From a virus: 64,000 nt of DNA. Shown here in pieces: positions 1 to 10,186 of this stretch. Under the pieces are notes generated by a model, which worked only from the letters and a program-made list of their open reading frames with translations, had not been told where the DNA came from and made no database searches. The stretch lies in IMG/VR virus record IMGVR_UViG_3300021977_000001. One strand, written 5' to 3'. Both the position numbers and the translations under genes were made by a program. Each line of letters starts with the position of its first letter. Position 1 is the stretch's first letter.

Positions 1-804
1 AGACGACATCGTTCTTACTGCATTAATAGCAAGTGAGGTAGATGTATCTGATGTTAACGTAGAGTCGTTTTGTTCCGTAACGAACGCCACCTTAGATGGA
101 ATAGGCAGGTATTCGCTAAAGATACAATGACGATACTTGCGCATGGTCATTTTAAAATGCTGAATCTCTAAACGCTTGTGTATAGCAAAGATGTCATACA
201 AGGCATTCATGATGGTGTCGAAGTTTTCAATGAAGTAATTGTATCCGCGTTTAAACCCATAACGCTTAAGGCGATTTAATGACTCATTGTTAGGATTATC
301 GTAGTGTAAGTTAGGATTACACAACCATTCGACTAAGCAGAGCTTCTTACTTGAGAAATACTTTTCAAACATCAACCATACGTTAGGGTTAATGAACCCA
401 TAAACACCATCAGGTGCCTTCATCCAAAGCGTTGACTCGATGCGCTTCTCTGTAGACTGCTGTACCTCAGTATGACATACCCCACACACTTTACCCAGGT
501 TATAGCCGCCTGATAACACACCACAGTCGCATGACGGAATAACTGACAGCGAGTCACCTTCATATCGGGTTGAGACTAAGTCGTTAAACTTCTGTCTATC
601 TTCCTGCGATAGCGTATCAATGTCATTAACCAGAATAGGTGGGTTAGACAAGTTATTGAACAGTTTATCGTGATCCTCTAATGCAAGATGCACACCGCCT
701 TGTTTGTCGTTAAAGTACTGACTTATAGGACCTTGGATCTGATCTAGCGCCATGTTAGCAGGATGGTGACCTGACTCAGCGGCTACGCTGATTTCTGCTT
801 CCAT
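1..804 (-). CDS. Non-virion RNA polymerase beta' N-terminal subunit (phiKZ gp55-like), runs off the window's left edge
   Basis: Hand translation from ATG at 804 is open to position 1: MEAEISVAAE...VIPSCDCGVLSGGYNLGKVCGVCHTEV...YLPIPSK. It has the beta'-type CxC...CxxC zinc motif and lies just downstream of chimallin as in phiKZ (gp54-gp55). Not in the supplied ORF track. Confidence 0.88.
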   Translation of the reverse strand, partial: MEAEISVAAESGHHPANMALDQIQGPISQYFNDKQGGVHLALEDHDKLFNNLSNPPILVNDIDTLSQEDRQKFNDLVSTRYEGDSLSVIPSCDCGVLSGGYNLGKVCGVCHTEVQQSTEKRIESTLWMKAPDGVYGFINPNVWLMFEKYFSSKKLCLVEWLCNPNLHYDNPNNESLNRLKRYGFKRGYNYFIENFDTIMNALYDIFAIHKRLEIQHFKMTMRKYRHCIFSEYLPIPSKVAFVTEQNDSTLTSDTSTSLAINAVRTMSS

Positions 805-848
805 GATATCTCCTTAAAAGGGTTATTATTAAAGGTTGGGTCTTTAAA

Positions 849-856
849 GTAATATA
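849..856 (-). promoter_or_regulatory. phiKZ-type early promoter TATATTAC
   Basis: Exact TATATTAC on the minus strand, about 45 nt upstream of the beta' subunit ATG. Confidence 0.75.
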
Positions 857-914
857 GGTTTTCATCTTAAACGTTTGAATAAATAAACATAACGTTACTC
901 ACCTCTGTAAAAAC

Positions 915-1433
915 CTACCGTTTCTTCCTACTAAACGTAAAGGTTTTATTTACCCAGTCTTGAAAGTCTTTCTTAGTATCAAACTCCATGATTGAGCCTG
1001 TACGTGTATCTTTTACTTCGTAGTAATGTTTAGTGGTATGGGCTTTAAGTTTCCACTTTAAATTATCAGCGGCACAATTGCCTCTATCACCATCGATATT
1101 GATAAGATCAAAACGTGTTATATCTTCAGGGTTGTCTAAATATGCACGTGCTACTATTCCGGAGAGGGTACGCATGGTGTTGCCTTCTTTTCCCTTTAAC
1201 GTCACCATCGGACGCTGGTCGGCTCTACGCGGCGTAAGGGCGGCGTAATAATACCACGCATCCCCTGTTAACGGGTAGTGTAGCTTAATGATTTTACCGC
1301 AACGACTCACCCATGCGTCGGTAAAGCCAACAACAGGCTTTAAGGTAATACCTTGTTGTTTTTCTATTGTCTTGATATCAGCCGGGCGCGGGGTGGTTAC
1401 AGTTAGGATAGATTCTACTTTAGGAGTGGCCAT
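915..1433 (-). CDS. Degenerate HNH-like (NUMOD4/HNH_3-type) endonuclease homolog
   Basis: GIVARAYLDNPEDITRFDLINIDGDRGNCAADNLKW aligns with RLVAxAFIPNPxxxxxVNHIDGxKxNNxxxNLEW, but the catalytic His position is Asn. Confidence 0.65.
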   Translation of the reverse strand: MATPKVESILTVTTPRPADIKTIEKQQGITLKPVVGFTDAWVSRCGKIIKLHYPLTGDAWYYYAALTPRRADQRPMVTLKGKEGNTMRTLSGIVARAYLDNPEDITRFDLINIDGDRGNCAADNLKWKLKAHTTKHYYEVKDTRTGSIMEFDTKKDFQDWVNKTFTFSRKKR

Positions 1434-1457
1434 GGAAAGTCCTTCTCTTATTATAAT

Positions 1458-1498
1458 CGGGCATAAAAAAGAAAGAGGATCCTAAGACCCCCTTTCTA
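1458..1498 (-). terminator. Terminator after chimallin (hairpin + TTTTTATGCCCG)
   Basis: Minus strand AGAAAGGGGTC-TTAG-GATCCTCTTTCT followed by a T-tract and a TATGCC motif. Confidence 0.7.
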
Positions 1499-1517
1499 AC
1501 TACTTAGCTAATTTAAC

Positions 1518-3392
1518 TTAGCGGTTCCACAGGCTGCCTGCGTTACGTGCACCGTAACCCATGCCAGAACCACCCCAGTTAGAGCCGCCTTGCTGGAAGA
1601 CTGCACCACCGGCGTTTTGACCAATACCCATACCAACAGCAGACGTATTGCCACGAATGGCACCCATGTCGTTACCGTAGATACCCTCAGGGCGGATCTT
1701 AAGTCCAGCTTCTGCACATGCCGTCGCAAGCGCTTCAATGAACTTAGGATTAAACGTAACACGACGCGCGTAACCTGTAATAGATACAGTATCACCTAAT
1801 GTAGCTTCGATGATTTTAGCACGCTCTGCCAGACGTAGTTCTTGAGGACGGTCAGTCTGGTCGTAAGTGTTACCGAATGCTTCAACGATACCTAGATCTT
1901 TATCACCGTAGATGTTAAGCATCGCTAGGTAATCAAGGTCGCGGATATCACGAGGCGTGTTGTTCTCATCTAGGTAAGTACCTAGGTGGATACGAGTAAT
2001 TTCGCTAGATAGCGGTGCAGAGCCATCGTAGTGGCGGCTAAATGCACCACCGGTCAATGTATCTGCTGCTTGGAACAATACTTGGTTAGCCTTAGTGTTG
2101 CCAGTGGCAGCAGCAAGGAACGTTTCTTGTAACCAGCTAAGATCACCTGTTTCTGGGATATCCCAAGAGAACAATACTTCATTGTACATGCTGCGCTGTA
2201 CAAGCTCAAACAAGCTTTGGTCTGAGAACGAGTCGCTCTTAGTTGTAATACGACCGAACTCGCCGTTGCCCGCGAAGTCTACTTCAAAGCCTAGTGCACC
2301 GATGTCATGAAGATCACCTTTAGACGCACCATAAACTGGCTTGAAGCACTTAACCCATGCGTGGTGCTGAGTTGCTAGTACTGAAGTAGATAGACCTAAC
2401 AATTCAAGCTCAAGCGTGTTTACGCTAAGGCCTGATGTTACGCCAGTCATGACTAGACGCGGTACGTATTGACGATGATCAACAGGCTGGCCGTATGCCA
2501 TTTGCTGTTGCTGACGTGGTACGTACGTTAGGTCCATATAACCATCAACTGTAGTCAATGGAATAGTTTGCTTAGCAGATACTGCTTCACCTGTCTGCAT
2601 GATACCGCGCAGCGAGATAGATAGATCAGAACGTACGGTTTGACCTGCTGCAGTTTGCGTATCACCTGGATTGTAACGAAGCTGCGCAGCTAACACGTCA
2701 CCTGTGTTGATATCTGCTACAGTGATAGCGTTGCTGTTGTCACCGTTTAGCTTAAGGATAGTTGTGTAACATGCTGTGATACCGAAGTATAGCAGGCTAC
2801 GAATCTCTTTCTCGCTGTCAGCAGTAAGATGCTTAGGAATAACGTTAGCACCAACATCTACGTAAGTACGTTCAGTACCGTACTTGCTACGTAGGTGCAT
2901 GTTAACCTGCTCCCACATGTTGTCATCGTACACATCGCCAGCTACAGTTTTGATGTTAACTTGCTGACCTGCGATGTTAGGTACACGATCAGCCAGGCCG
3001 TCGCCAGAACCTTCTACGATGTACGTGTAGCATGCTACATATTCGTTAAATGGGAACTGTAATACAATTACAGATAGCGCTAATGAATGGCTGTCACCGT
3101 CCATTGGTTCAATGGTCACTTTCTCAAGTACACCGTTACGCTCTGAAGATAGGATCTTACGTAACGTTTGCGTTAGCTCACCAGTGATTTCGCCTGCAGT
3201 GCTACGCGTCATTGGGTTGCTAAAGATTGAGTTTAGACCGGCTAGGGTTTTTGGACCTTCCACTTTTCTTCCTCGAGTTTGTTGGTTTGTCGGTTGGGCT
3301 TGTGCCTGCGCACTTGCTGCGCCTGACTCTTTCATTGCATCTGCCATAGCAGGGTTAGAAGGAGTAGACTTGTTATCTTTATTTACAGCCAT
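1518..3392 (-). CDS. chmA: Chimallin, major phage nuclear shell protein
   Basis: 624 aa with a Q/A-rich disordered N-terminus. Motifs DLHDIGALG, RDIRDLDYLAMLN and TGYARRVTFNPKFIEALATACAEAGL match remembered chimallin motifs (DMKDIGALG, RDRRDLDNLAALN, TGKAERCTYNAKFIEAL). Synteny with the nvRNAP beta' gene. Confidence 0.92.
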   Translation of the reverse strand: MAVNKDNKSTPSNPAMADAMKESGAASAQAQAQPTNQQTRGRKVEGPKTLAGLNSIFSNPMTRSTAGEITGELTQTLRKILSSERNGVLEKVTIEPMDGDSHSLALSVIVLQFPFNEYVACYTYIVEGSGDGLADRVPNIAGQQVNIKTVAGDVYDDNMWEQVNMHLRSKYGTERTYVDVGANVIPKHLTADSEKEIRSLLYFGITACYTTILKLNGDNSNAITVADINTGDVLAAQLRYNPGDTQTAAGQTVRSDLSISLRGIMQTGEAVSAKQTIPLTTVDGYMDLTYVPRQQQQMAYGQPVDHRQYVPRLVMTGVTSGLSVNTLELELLGLSTSVLATQHHAWVKCFKPVYGASKGDLHDIGALGFEVDFAGNGEFGRITTKSDSFSDQSLFELVQRSMYNEVLFSWDIPETGDLSWLQETFLAAATGNTKANQVLFQAADTLTGGAFSRHYDGSAPLSSEITRIHLGTYLDENNTPRDIRDLDYLAMLNIYGDKDLGIVEAFGNTYDQTDRPQELRLAERAKIIEATLGDTVSITGYARRVTFNPKFIEALATACAEAGLKIRPEGIYGNDMGAIRGNTSAVGMGIGQNAGGAVFQQGGSNWGGSGMGYGARNAGSLWNR

Positions 3393-3622
3393 AATGGTAT
3401 ACCTTTAATTATGTTGTCAAACGTTTAAATTAGCTAATAGATCATCCATTCCCGGATTGATCACTAAAATGATATAGGTGTTTAATTCTGTTGAATCGCC
3501 TCACAGAGGGACACAGGTTAGGCACCTATACCAAGTATAGATACACTGACAGCTACCTGTCTCTATAGTATGACACGAAAACATTAAAACTTTACATCAC
3601 TTCATCCATCTACAGGTGACCC

Positions 3623-4711
3623 ATGCAACGGCTTTTTACTCAAGATTCACCCAACCGCAACCAACAGGTCTTTGCGGGTCTTTTCCAAGCCCAACGCGGA
3701 TTAGACAAAGCCTTAGAGCGGGTTAAAGCCAAGGCAATAAGTTCACCCAGACACTTAAAAGACACTCACCCTATTATTAGACTTCTAGATAGTCTACCGC
3801 CCATGAACGCTATGAACATGCTGCGCTATTACGACTATATAGAAGATGTTGTAACTGATATCGCCCATGGCCAACATATCAACACTGAGATAAATACTTT
3901 CCCACCTATGGACGGAGAGTTTTACGGTGGAGACGTTGTTGATATCTTAGTTGCAACGACACTGTCACGACCTAATTGGACAGGTGAGGGTCTATTAGCT
4001 GAGTGGTCATCGACATCAGCTGTACGTGTCTTATATCATCCTAGCAGTGACTTAAACTTGAACCTCCCTGACGGACAAAGACAGCACAATGAGACGGGCT
4101 ATTCTGTTATTGCTGTAGATATTCCATTACTTGCCATTCAGTATAGAACATGGGCTACGTTAGAAAATCGTAAACCATTAGAAGAACGCGAATCAACTAA
4201 TATGTTTGTCTACCAATATGTGTTAGGTAATATGTTAGACCATCAGTTGTCTATTAGTTTAATGAACCGCTACCTACGTGCTTATACTGAAGAGACACAA
4301 ACTAAGAGCCTAATCAAACCTATCCTAGCGTTACCTGACTATAGCGCAGCTGTAGATAAAGAATATCCAGAAGTAATAGATACGTTATTACGGATGAATG
4401 CTTCTATTGACGATGTGTTAGATAATGTCCCGCTTAGAATGGGTGAGACGCTTAGAAACGCACTACCCTTTAATAGACTAGTTAGCACTCGTCAGATAAG
4501 CTGGGTATTGTGGCTAACATGGCTGCCTTGGATTAAGCACGCGTTATCATGGTACCTGACAACTCATCAGGGGCAAGATAGAGACTTTGAGAACGTACTT
4601 AAGCGTGAACTAAGACGTGCACGTAGCGATAGAAGCGCCCAGACGGCTCCCCACGGACTTTTAAGGGATCTATTAGAGATTGAGTTGGAAGGATTAAAAC
4701 TGCTCTTATAA
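3623..4711 (+). CDS. Conserved virion structural protein (phiKZ gp52-like by position)
   Basis: 362-aa ORF divergent from chmA, between chimallin and the polymerase as in phiKZ-like genomes. Late-type TATG motif upstream. Confidence 0.55.
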   Translation: MQRLFTQDSPNRNQQVFAGLFQAQRGLDKALERVKAKAISSPRHLKDTHPIIRLLDSLPPMNAMNMLRYYDYIEDVVTDIAHGQHINTEINTFPPMDGEFYGGDVVDILVATTLSRPNWTGEGLLAEWSSTSAVRVLYHPSSDLNLNLPDGQRQHNETGYSVIAVDIPLLAIQYRTWATLENRKPLEERESTNMFVYQYVLGNMLDHQLSISLMNRYLRAYTEETQTKSLIKPILALPDYSAAVDKEYPEVIDTLLRMNASIDDVLDNVPLRMGETLRNALPFNRLVSTRQISWVLWLTWLPWIKHALSWYLTTHQGQDRDFENVLKRELRRARSDRSAQTAPHGLLRDLLEIELEGLKLLL

Positions 4712-4761
4712 CGGCATAGAGGTAGATCTAGCATTATGCTAGATCTACCTCGTTTATGCTG
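4711..4761. terminator. Bidirectional terminator hairpin with GCATA/TATGC flanks
   Basis: ACGGCATA-GAGGTAGATCTAGCA-tta-TGCTAGATCTACCTC-GTTTATGCTG between convergent genes; perfect 15-bp stem. Confidence 0.8.
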
Positions 4762-4763
4762 TT

Positions 4764-5153
4764 TTACTTACGATACTCTGGATTTACATACCTAGCGCCC
4801 TTAGGCGGCAGTCTATCCATATATGGATTAGTAACCGTAGAAGTAATCTCACGTTCGTTAACGAAGAAAGCACGGCTGGCCAGATCACCTATAAAATCAC
4901 TAGGCACCTCCATAGCTTTGTTATGTTCAACATAACCCAACTCGTGATGTACTTCTATCGGGTTAACCCTACCGTCGGTGTGAATATGTAATATACGCAA
5001 GACGTCATTAGCTTTTGCATAGGGCATATCAAACTCACCTTCGGTTATATCAACCGCAGCAATAACACGCTGACCTGCCTTAAACATCGACAGCACCTTG
5101 TCTATACTGCTTCCCTTTCTGTGTTTAGGATATTGCATAAACTTATCACTCAT
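4764..5153 (-). CDS. Hypothetical protein
   Basis: 129-aa ORF directly downstream of the polymerase on the same strand. Confidence 0.7.
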   Translation of the reverse strand: MSDKFMQYPKHRKGSSIDKVLSMFKAGQRVIAAVDITEGEFDMPYAKANDVLRILHIHTDGRVNPIEVHHELGYVEHNKAMEVPSDFIGDLASRAFFVNEREITSTVTNPYMDRLPPKGARYVNPEYRK

Positions 5154-5160
5154 ACCCCAC

Positions 5161-7296
5161 CTACATAAAGTCGCTAACCAGTTTGGTTATATTTTTATCT
5201 TTCATGTAAACACCATACGTTTCTAATACTAAGTAGAAGGGTGCCATTGTAGTAAATACAATCTTGCGAATATCCATGCACTGGATAATCTCTTTAGGCA
5301 TTCCTTTAGTGCTGATTACATCCATGGGAATTAGAAATTGCGTGATAGATGTTGTTTTGTTATGCTTAACAATCCAATCTTCTAGCCTACTTGCTAATTC
5401 CTTATCCTCTATACTCTCTATCCATGCTCTAACTTTAGATACAGACGTTGACGTTAACGATACTTTCACCGTACTATAGGGTGGTGGCGGTACCTCTCCG
5501 TACTTAGGACCAAATACGCTATTCCAGAAATCGTAGAATATGTAATTAGATCCTTGCGGATTAGCATAGGAATCTGCAGACTTGATACCAGCAGTAGTAA
5601 GGTAATCAATCCGACCCTCTTTAAGACTGTTAATGATGAGGTGCTCCTGATCGGCCACTTCCTGCATCATGGTCTTAATGGATATCTTCTTACCTTCCAA
5701 CGTCCAGTCCATGGGTTTCATGATAAACTTGTGCAGTTTTTCAATGATCTCTTTAGGCGCTTTCGTTGATTTAAGTTCGACCCCTTTGATATCGGTCACC
5801 ATTTCTTTATAAACGTTGCCTTCCTGAGCACTGATGTAATACGCATAGTGTTTAGCACGGCTGGTCAGAGACAGGGCTGGCATCATGTATTCGTTCTTCA
5901 TGGATAACTTATACAGATCCGGTTTTGCCACACCCATGTTAGACGATAGCGATGCAAGCAAATGCATAGTGGTCATCTGTGCTAGATATACTACAAATGC
6001 CCAAATACTGGTTGTCTTCTCATCAAAGTCAACGACACCGTCCTTATACCACATCGTCCAATCTTGAACGGTAAATATCGTTGAGTCAGTATCCGACACT
6101 AATACGCCACGGCGGATAGAGTCAGGTAGTACAGCTACGCTGGCAGGTGGGTTGAGCGTAACCCAAAACGCTTTAAATAACACCGTATATTCTTTAAGTA
6201 AAGAAAAGATGTTATTAACTGAACTTGCAATACGTGCGTAGGTCTCAGGTTCTGCATCTTTGATAGCAAATATTGGCTTATTCTTTAAGTCAGGTGCGTG
6301 GAGTATACCCACATATGCTTCAAGATCACCATCCATTTCTTCAATAATAGATTCAGGGTTATCAATGACGGTATCAGAACATGTTGTAAAGCGATCTAAG
6401 AAAGTACGAACAAACTGAGGATTAAACTCACGAAGGTGGTAGAAATTACCCGTGTATACATAGGCGACGCGTTCAAGGTCTGATAGTTTACTTACTAGAC
6501 TCTCTATACGTGCATTCCACTGTAGGTTGCGCCAATATAGATCCGTAGAATATTTAATTGACGCACATGTCTCTTCTACGGTAGGAATGTGTAGATTATA
6601 GGTTTTCACCGCCTCATCTATTAACGCATAATCGCTATTGTTAATAACTGAAATAATGTTTTGTATTACCACATCCACATCGTAATAATGTCTATTGCCA
6701 AATAAGAAACGTTCGTTGTTAGCATTGGCATAGCCGGTCGCAGAACGACAGGTTGATGTTAATGTAGAGTGTGTAGATTTGTTATACAGTGGAGTAAAAG
6801 CTGAGGCATGTCCACCACTCACTGAGTTGTTCTTAATCTTGAAGGTTGATTGCAGTATATCGTAAAACCCCGCAGCCGCGTTATCGCCCGCCATCTTTGC
6901 TTTGAATTTCTGCTTCTTTACCGCGTTGCGCTTATCGACGTTCTTACGCATGTATTTAGCCAGGAGTGACTCATGCTGGTCAGGATGTCTGTATGCTGCT
7001 AGAGTCGGACTTACAATTAATCCTTCAGTTTCTACTTTCTGCATGTAGCCTAAGAAAGTAGTACTCCACTTATCACGTGTACCAGGCTTATCGCGCTTCA
7101 TAGCTAATACTGCTGGGTCTTTAAGTGGTAGACGTCCTTCAGTAGGGTGGGTTGTCTTTCTAACCCACTGGTAGCATTCGTCATGGCTCTTACCTGTTTC
7201 AAGTGCCAGATAACGGGCTGTATCTTGATAGTACCGTTCTAAGACGTTAAGGTCTCTACCGTATTCTTCAGTAGGGAGAACAAAAGGATTATCCAT
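5161..7296 (-). CDS. Family B DNA polymerase, polymerase-domain subunit (phiKZ gp50-like, split PolB)
   Basis: 711 aa with motif C VLVSDTDSTIF, a motif B-like QSTFKIKNNSVSGG, and AKHYA...DIKGVELK. No N-terminal exonuclease motifs recognised, consistent with the split polymerase of this group. Confidence 0.9.
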   Translation of the reverse strand: MDNPFVLPTEEYGRDLNVLERYYQDTARYLALETGKSHDECYQWVRKTTHPTEGRLPLKDPAVLAMKRDKPGTRDKWSTTFLGYMQKVETEGLIVSPTLAAYRHPDQHESLLAKYMRKNVDKRNAVKKQKFKAKMAGDNAAAGFYDILQSTFKIKNNSVSGGHASAFTPLYNKSTHSTLTSTCRSATGYANANNERFLFGNRHYYDVDVVIQNIISVINNSDYALIDEAVKTYNLHIPTVEETCASIKYSTDLYWRNLQWNARIESLVSKLSDLERVAYVYTGNFYHLREFNPQFVRTFLDRFTTCSDTVIDNPESIIEEMDGDLEAYVGILHAPDLKNKPIFAIKDAEPETYARIASSVNNIFSLLKEYTVLFKAFWVTLNPPASVAVLPDSIRRGVLVSDTDSTIFTVQDWTMWYKDGVVDFDEKTTSIWAFVVYLAQMTTMHLLASLSSNMGVAKPDLYKLSMKNEYMMPALSLTSRAKHYAYYISAQEGNVYKEMVTDIKGVELKSTKAPKEIIEKLHKFIMKPMDWTLEGKKISIKTMMQEVADQEHLIINSLKEGRIDYLTTAGIKSADSYANPQGSNYIFYDFWNSVFGPKYGEVPPPPYSTVKVSLTSTSVSKVRAWIESIEDKELASRLEDWIVKHNKTTSITQFLIPMDVISTKGMPKEIIQCMDIRKIVFTTMAPFYLVLETYGVYMKDKNITKLVSDFM

Positions 7297-7375
7297 AGTA
7301 CGCTCGTCTTTAATTTAGTTAGTTTACACTTCATGTTATTGGACTTAGGTGTATTTTTCAAAGCAAAAAAGAAAG

Positions 7376-7424
7376 ACGGCATAAAACCTTCCTACACCCC
7401 AGAGGAAGGATGTAGGAAGGGTAA
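7376..7424 (-). terminator. Terminator (hairpin + TTTTATGCCG) upstream of the polymerase gene
   Basis: CCTTCCTACA...TGTAGGAAGG stem; the minus strand continues TTTTATGCCGTCTTTCTTTTTT. Confidence 0.75.
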
Positions 7425-7564
7425 ACACTACGTTTGACAAATATAAAGGTGCGTGACTACCTTTAGGGATCGATCTTCTGGCTCAAGATCATGAACACCG
7501 CGAGGGTCTCAAACTCAACAACGTTCATAATATATACAGTAAGGTAAGTAAAACTTTACTTAGT

Positions 7565-7990
7565 TTAAACAACCTTACTACTACTGACCGTATAACCGTT
7601 TGCTGTAAGTGCAGCAAGGATGTTAGGCACATCGTCAACGTTAACGTTATCAATGGTTAACGTAAGTTTATTACTGCCTACCTTTTCTAAGGTAGTGGTA
7701 TCGATCCAAGGCAAACCAACAAATGTCTGCTCGCCATTTTCTAGTTCTATTTTTAGATAACTATAAATAGTTGGATCATCCACACTACCTTCAGGCAGGT
7801 TAGTGATAATGTCTTCATGTAGTGCAACGGGGTCGATCTTTTGACTAGCGGTACTATAATCTACTACCCCGATAAGACGAACACGGGTAAATGTTGTCCC
7901 TATTGTTGTGTTTTCAAATAAAGAAAAACTAACAACATCACGCAATCCGATGTCTAACGCAGGAAAGATCTGCATGGGTATAATCTCCAA
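7565..7990 (-). CDS. Conserved hypothetical protein (phiKZ gp49-like by position)
   Basis: 141-aa beta-rich ORF immediately upstream of the polymerase gene. The true start may be the ATG at 7975. Confidence 0.65.
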   Translation of the reverse strand: MEIIPMQIFPALDIGLRDVVSFSLFENTTIGTTFTRVRLIGVVDYSTASQKIDPVALHEDIITNLPEGSVDDPTIYSYLKIELENGEQTFVGLPWIDTTTLEKVGSNKLTLTIDNVNVDDVPNILAALTANGYTVSSSKVV

Positions 7991-8279
7991 AATATAATAA
8001 TAAGGTTCCAGTATCGTCAGTGACTTCTAAGAAACGAAAATCATCAGTATTGATATTGTAGCGACTTAATGCTGCAGAGATGCACTCTACCATAGCCACT
8101 ACCTGACTATGCCCCTCGCTGGTTGAATCGATGTTCCAATCTAGTAGCTCTTCTAGATCAAGATTTAAACGTGCAAGGGTTCGGGTATCTAACTTAGGAC
8201 TGTCGGGATTAACAACGCCATTATAGCTGTTAATTAACTCACCTAGTTCCTCTAAGTGAAGGATCATAAATTTAAGCAC
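7938..8279 (-). CDS. Small protein 9 of the phuZ-pol tandem array
   Basis: 113 aa; N-terminal strand KFMILH, C-terminal hairpin DDTGTLLLYF. Confidence 0.75.
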   Translation of the reverse strand: MLKFMILHLEELGELINSYNGVVNPDSPKLDTRTLARLNLDLEELLDWNIDSTSEGHSQVVAMVECISAALSRYNINTDDFRFLEVTDDTGTLLLYFGDYTHADLSCVRHRIA

Positions 8280-8324
8280 CTAAGTACTCCTTAATACAGC
8301 ATCTCCTGTAGAGATTTATTATTG

Positions 8325-8687
8325 TTAATTGTCTATAGGATCAGGTACACTAACGACAATGTCCATCCCCGCCATAGCTTCAAAACGCACTCTACCTACA
8401 TCACGAATGCCTAATTGATGAAAACACGTAATTAGGGTCTGAATGAATTGATCGATATATGCTAGATAGTTTTCTCTTTCTCTAACCGTTAGATTTTGAG
8501 TATGTAGGAAATCATAAATAGCTTTATGTCTTTGATTTTCTACATCGTTAACACTCAATGACGCAGCGTGGACAGACATAGAGATAACGGCATTTAAATC
8601 TGTAACCACAGTATCTTCAGACGATATAGACTGATATAACGCGCGTACCGCTGACTCGGTAGCGACGATATAGTGTTTAATATTCAT
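8325..8687 (-). CDS. Small protein 8 of the phuZ-pol tandem array
   Basis: 120 aa; KHYIVA ... GMDIVVSV. Confidence 0.75.
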   Translation of the reverse strand: MNIKHYIVATESAVRALYQSISSEDTVVTDLNAVISMSVHAASLSVNDVENQRHKAIYDFLHTQNLTVRERENYLAYIDQFIQTLITCFHQLGIRDVGRVRFEAMAGMDIVVSVPDPIDN

Positions 8688-8690
8688 ACT

Positions 8691-9038
8691 CTACTCTAAT
8701 TCTAGAAATAACGTATCATTATGCGTACAGATATAATGATACGTTGGTTTAAATCTAAGGGCGTGATTATGGTAGGTTTTAAGTTCTTTACAGAATGCGT
8801 CAAAATAAGGCATTGCTGCTTGACTTATAACCGGGAACTCATATTCTGTTTCAAAGTATTTACTTAGCTCCGTTGAGTCGACGCTCGCGTCATGCTTATA
8901 CATAGTAAGCACTTCTGCGGTTAGGGTGTCTTGGGTTACCGTGATTTGTCTTTTTGCTTCATAACGCCATACTGCTATCATAACGTCATAAATGGACTGT
9001 AATTTACTACAGTCCAATAAAAGTATTTTACTCGTCAA
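8691..9038 (-). CDS. Small protein 7 of the phuZ-pol tandem array
   Basis: 115 aa; KILLLD ... HNDTLFLEL. Confidence 0.75.
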   Translation of the reverse strand: MTSKILLLDCSKLQSIYDVMIAVWRYEAKRQITVTQDTLTAEVLTMYKHDASVDSTELSKYFETEYEFPVISQAAMPYFDAFCKELKTYHNHALRFKPTYHYICTHNDTLFLELE

Positions 9039-9399
9039 GATGATGCACCTCGATGACTAACGTCGGGAAACTAACGCATACGTAATTTAACAGCGGGCGA
9101 TTAGCCAGGGCGTTTATAATACGTCCTAGGCTTACGTCCACAGCCTCATACGTCTCCATTATAATATCATTAACATAATGATACAACGTCTCCTGCACCT
9201 CACTCTTACCTACACTCAACCCCATCCTACTAGCTACATATTCCACTACCTGCTCAACAGTGTTAACATCTAATCTATCATTGTCGGTATACTGATCTAT
9301 CCATAGCGCTACAGCGGCCTCTATGATGTCTGCAGGCGTTAACGAAGCCTCGGGCGGATATGGTGGTTTGTCTAATGGTAAATCTACTAATAGCTTCAT
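9028..9399 (-). CDS. Small protein 6 of the phuZ-pol tandem array
   Basis: 123 aa; KLLVDL ... FPTLVIEV. Confidence 0.75.
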   Translation of the reverse strand: MKLLVDLPLDKPPYPPEASLTPADIIEAAVALWIDQYTDNDRLDVNTVEQVVEYVASRMGLSVGKSEVQETLYHYVNDIIMETYEAVDVSLGRIINALANRPLLNYVCVSFPTLVIEVHHLDE

Positions 9400-9412
9400 A
9401 CAGTGCCTTTTA

Positions 9413-9826
9413 CTATTGGTACTTGTATATTACAGTACCGTCATTCATAACTTCCACGTCTATCAACTCTACGTTAGGCATACGGCGTTGTAAGTTATCT
9501 ACGATGCGGGTAATAGGCCATGCTATAGCTAATGATAAATTAATCACGTGTGTTAATGCGTTATAATTCATCATACCTACACCGTCTTCATCGTAATTGT
9601 CAAAGATGGTATATAACTCCCCTTCTACATGATCCTTGACTTTAACCGCATCGAACTGCGTAGTTAGCGCTGAAGAAGCGGCAAGTAATACTAAATCATG
9701 TACATTAAGTTTAAAGGCTTCCATTGCCTTAATATCATCATGGGTGGTCTTTAACATATACTGTCCCGCATCTACGATGAAGTACTGTTCATCTGGACCA
9801 CTAGCTACATTCCACATAAAGGTCAT
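9413..9826 (-). CDS. Small protein 5 of the phuZ-pol tandem array
   Basis: 137 aa; QYFIVD ... NDGTVIYKY. Confidence 0.75.
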   Translation of the reverse strand: MTFMWNVASGPDEQYFIVDAGQYMLKTTHDDIKAMEAFKLNVHDLVLLAASSALTTQFDAVKVKDHVEGELYTIFDNYDEDGVGMMNYNALTHVINLSLAIAWPITRIVDNLQRRMPNVELIDVEVMNDGTVIYKYQ

Positions 9827-10184
9827 CTCCTATACATCTAGCTACTACTAGATGCGTAAAAGGATGTTGTTGATAAAATGAAAGTATAGTAGGATAGAGA
9901 CGTTTATAGATCTTTAACCCTATACTACATACGTCATCAACATCTTCCAAGGTATAGTCTTTTCTATGTTGTTCATTATAACTACTAAGCGCACGGTAAA
10001 GTAACCGTCTATCTAAATCGGTAGCTGACTGATCATGGTAGTATGTTTCAATGTTAGTCAATGCAGATATAGTCAGACTTAATAACTCATCTAACCTGAG
10101 GTTATACGTTTCTAACGACCCATTTAAGTGATTGTTATTACTTCGTATATCCCCAATGTCTAGAATTAAATAGCGTACTGCCAT
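9801..10184 (-). CDS. Small protein 4 of the phuZ-pol tandem array
   Basis: 127 aa; RYLILD ... GDDLYVEC. Confidence 0.75.
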   Translation of the reverse strand: MAVRYLILDIGDIRSNNNHLNGSLETYNLRLDELLSLTISALTNIETYYHDQSATDLDRRLLYRALSSYNEQHRKDYTLEDVDDVCSIGLKIYKRLYPTILSFYQQHPFTHLVVARCIGDDLYVECS

Positions 10185-10186
10185 GG

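Noticed and set aside
7463-7528. 21-codon mini-ORF (MNVVEFETLAVFMILSQKIDP) sharing SQKIDP with the upstream 141-aa protein
   Set aside because: The match is only six residues, there is no clear RBS and no wider nucleotide similarity; probably chance.
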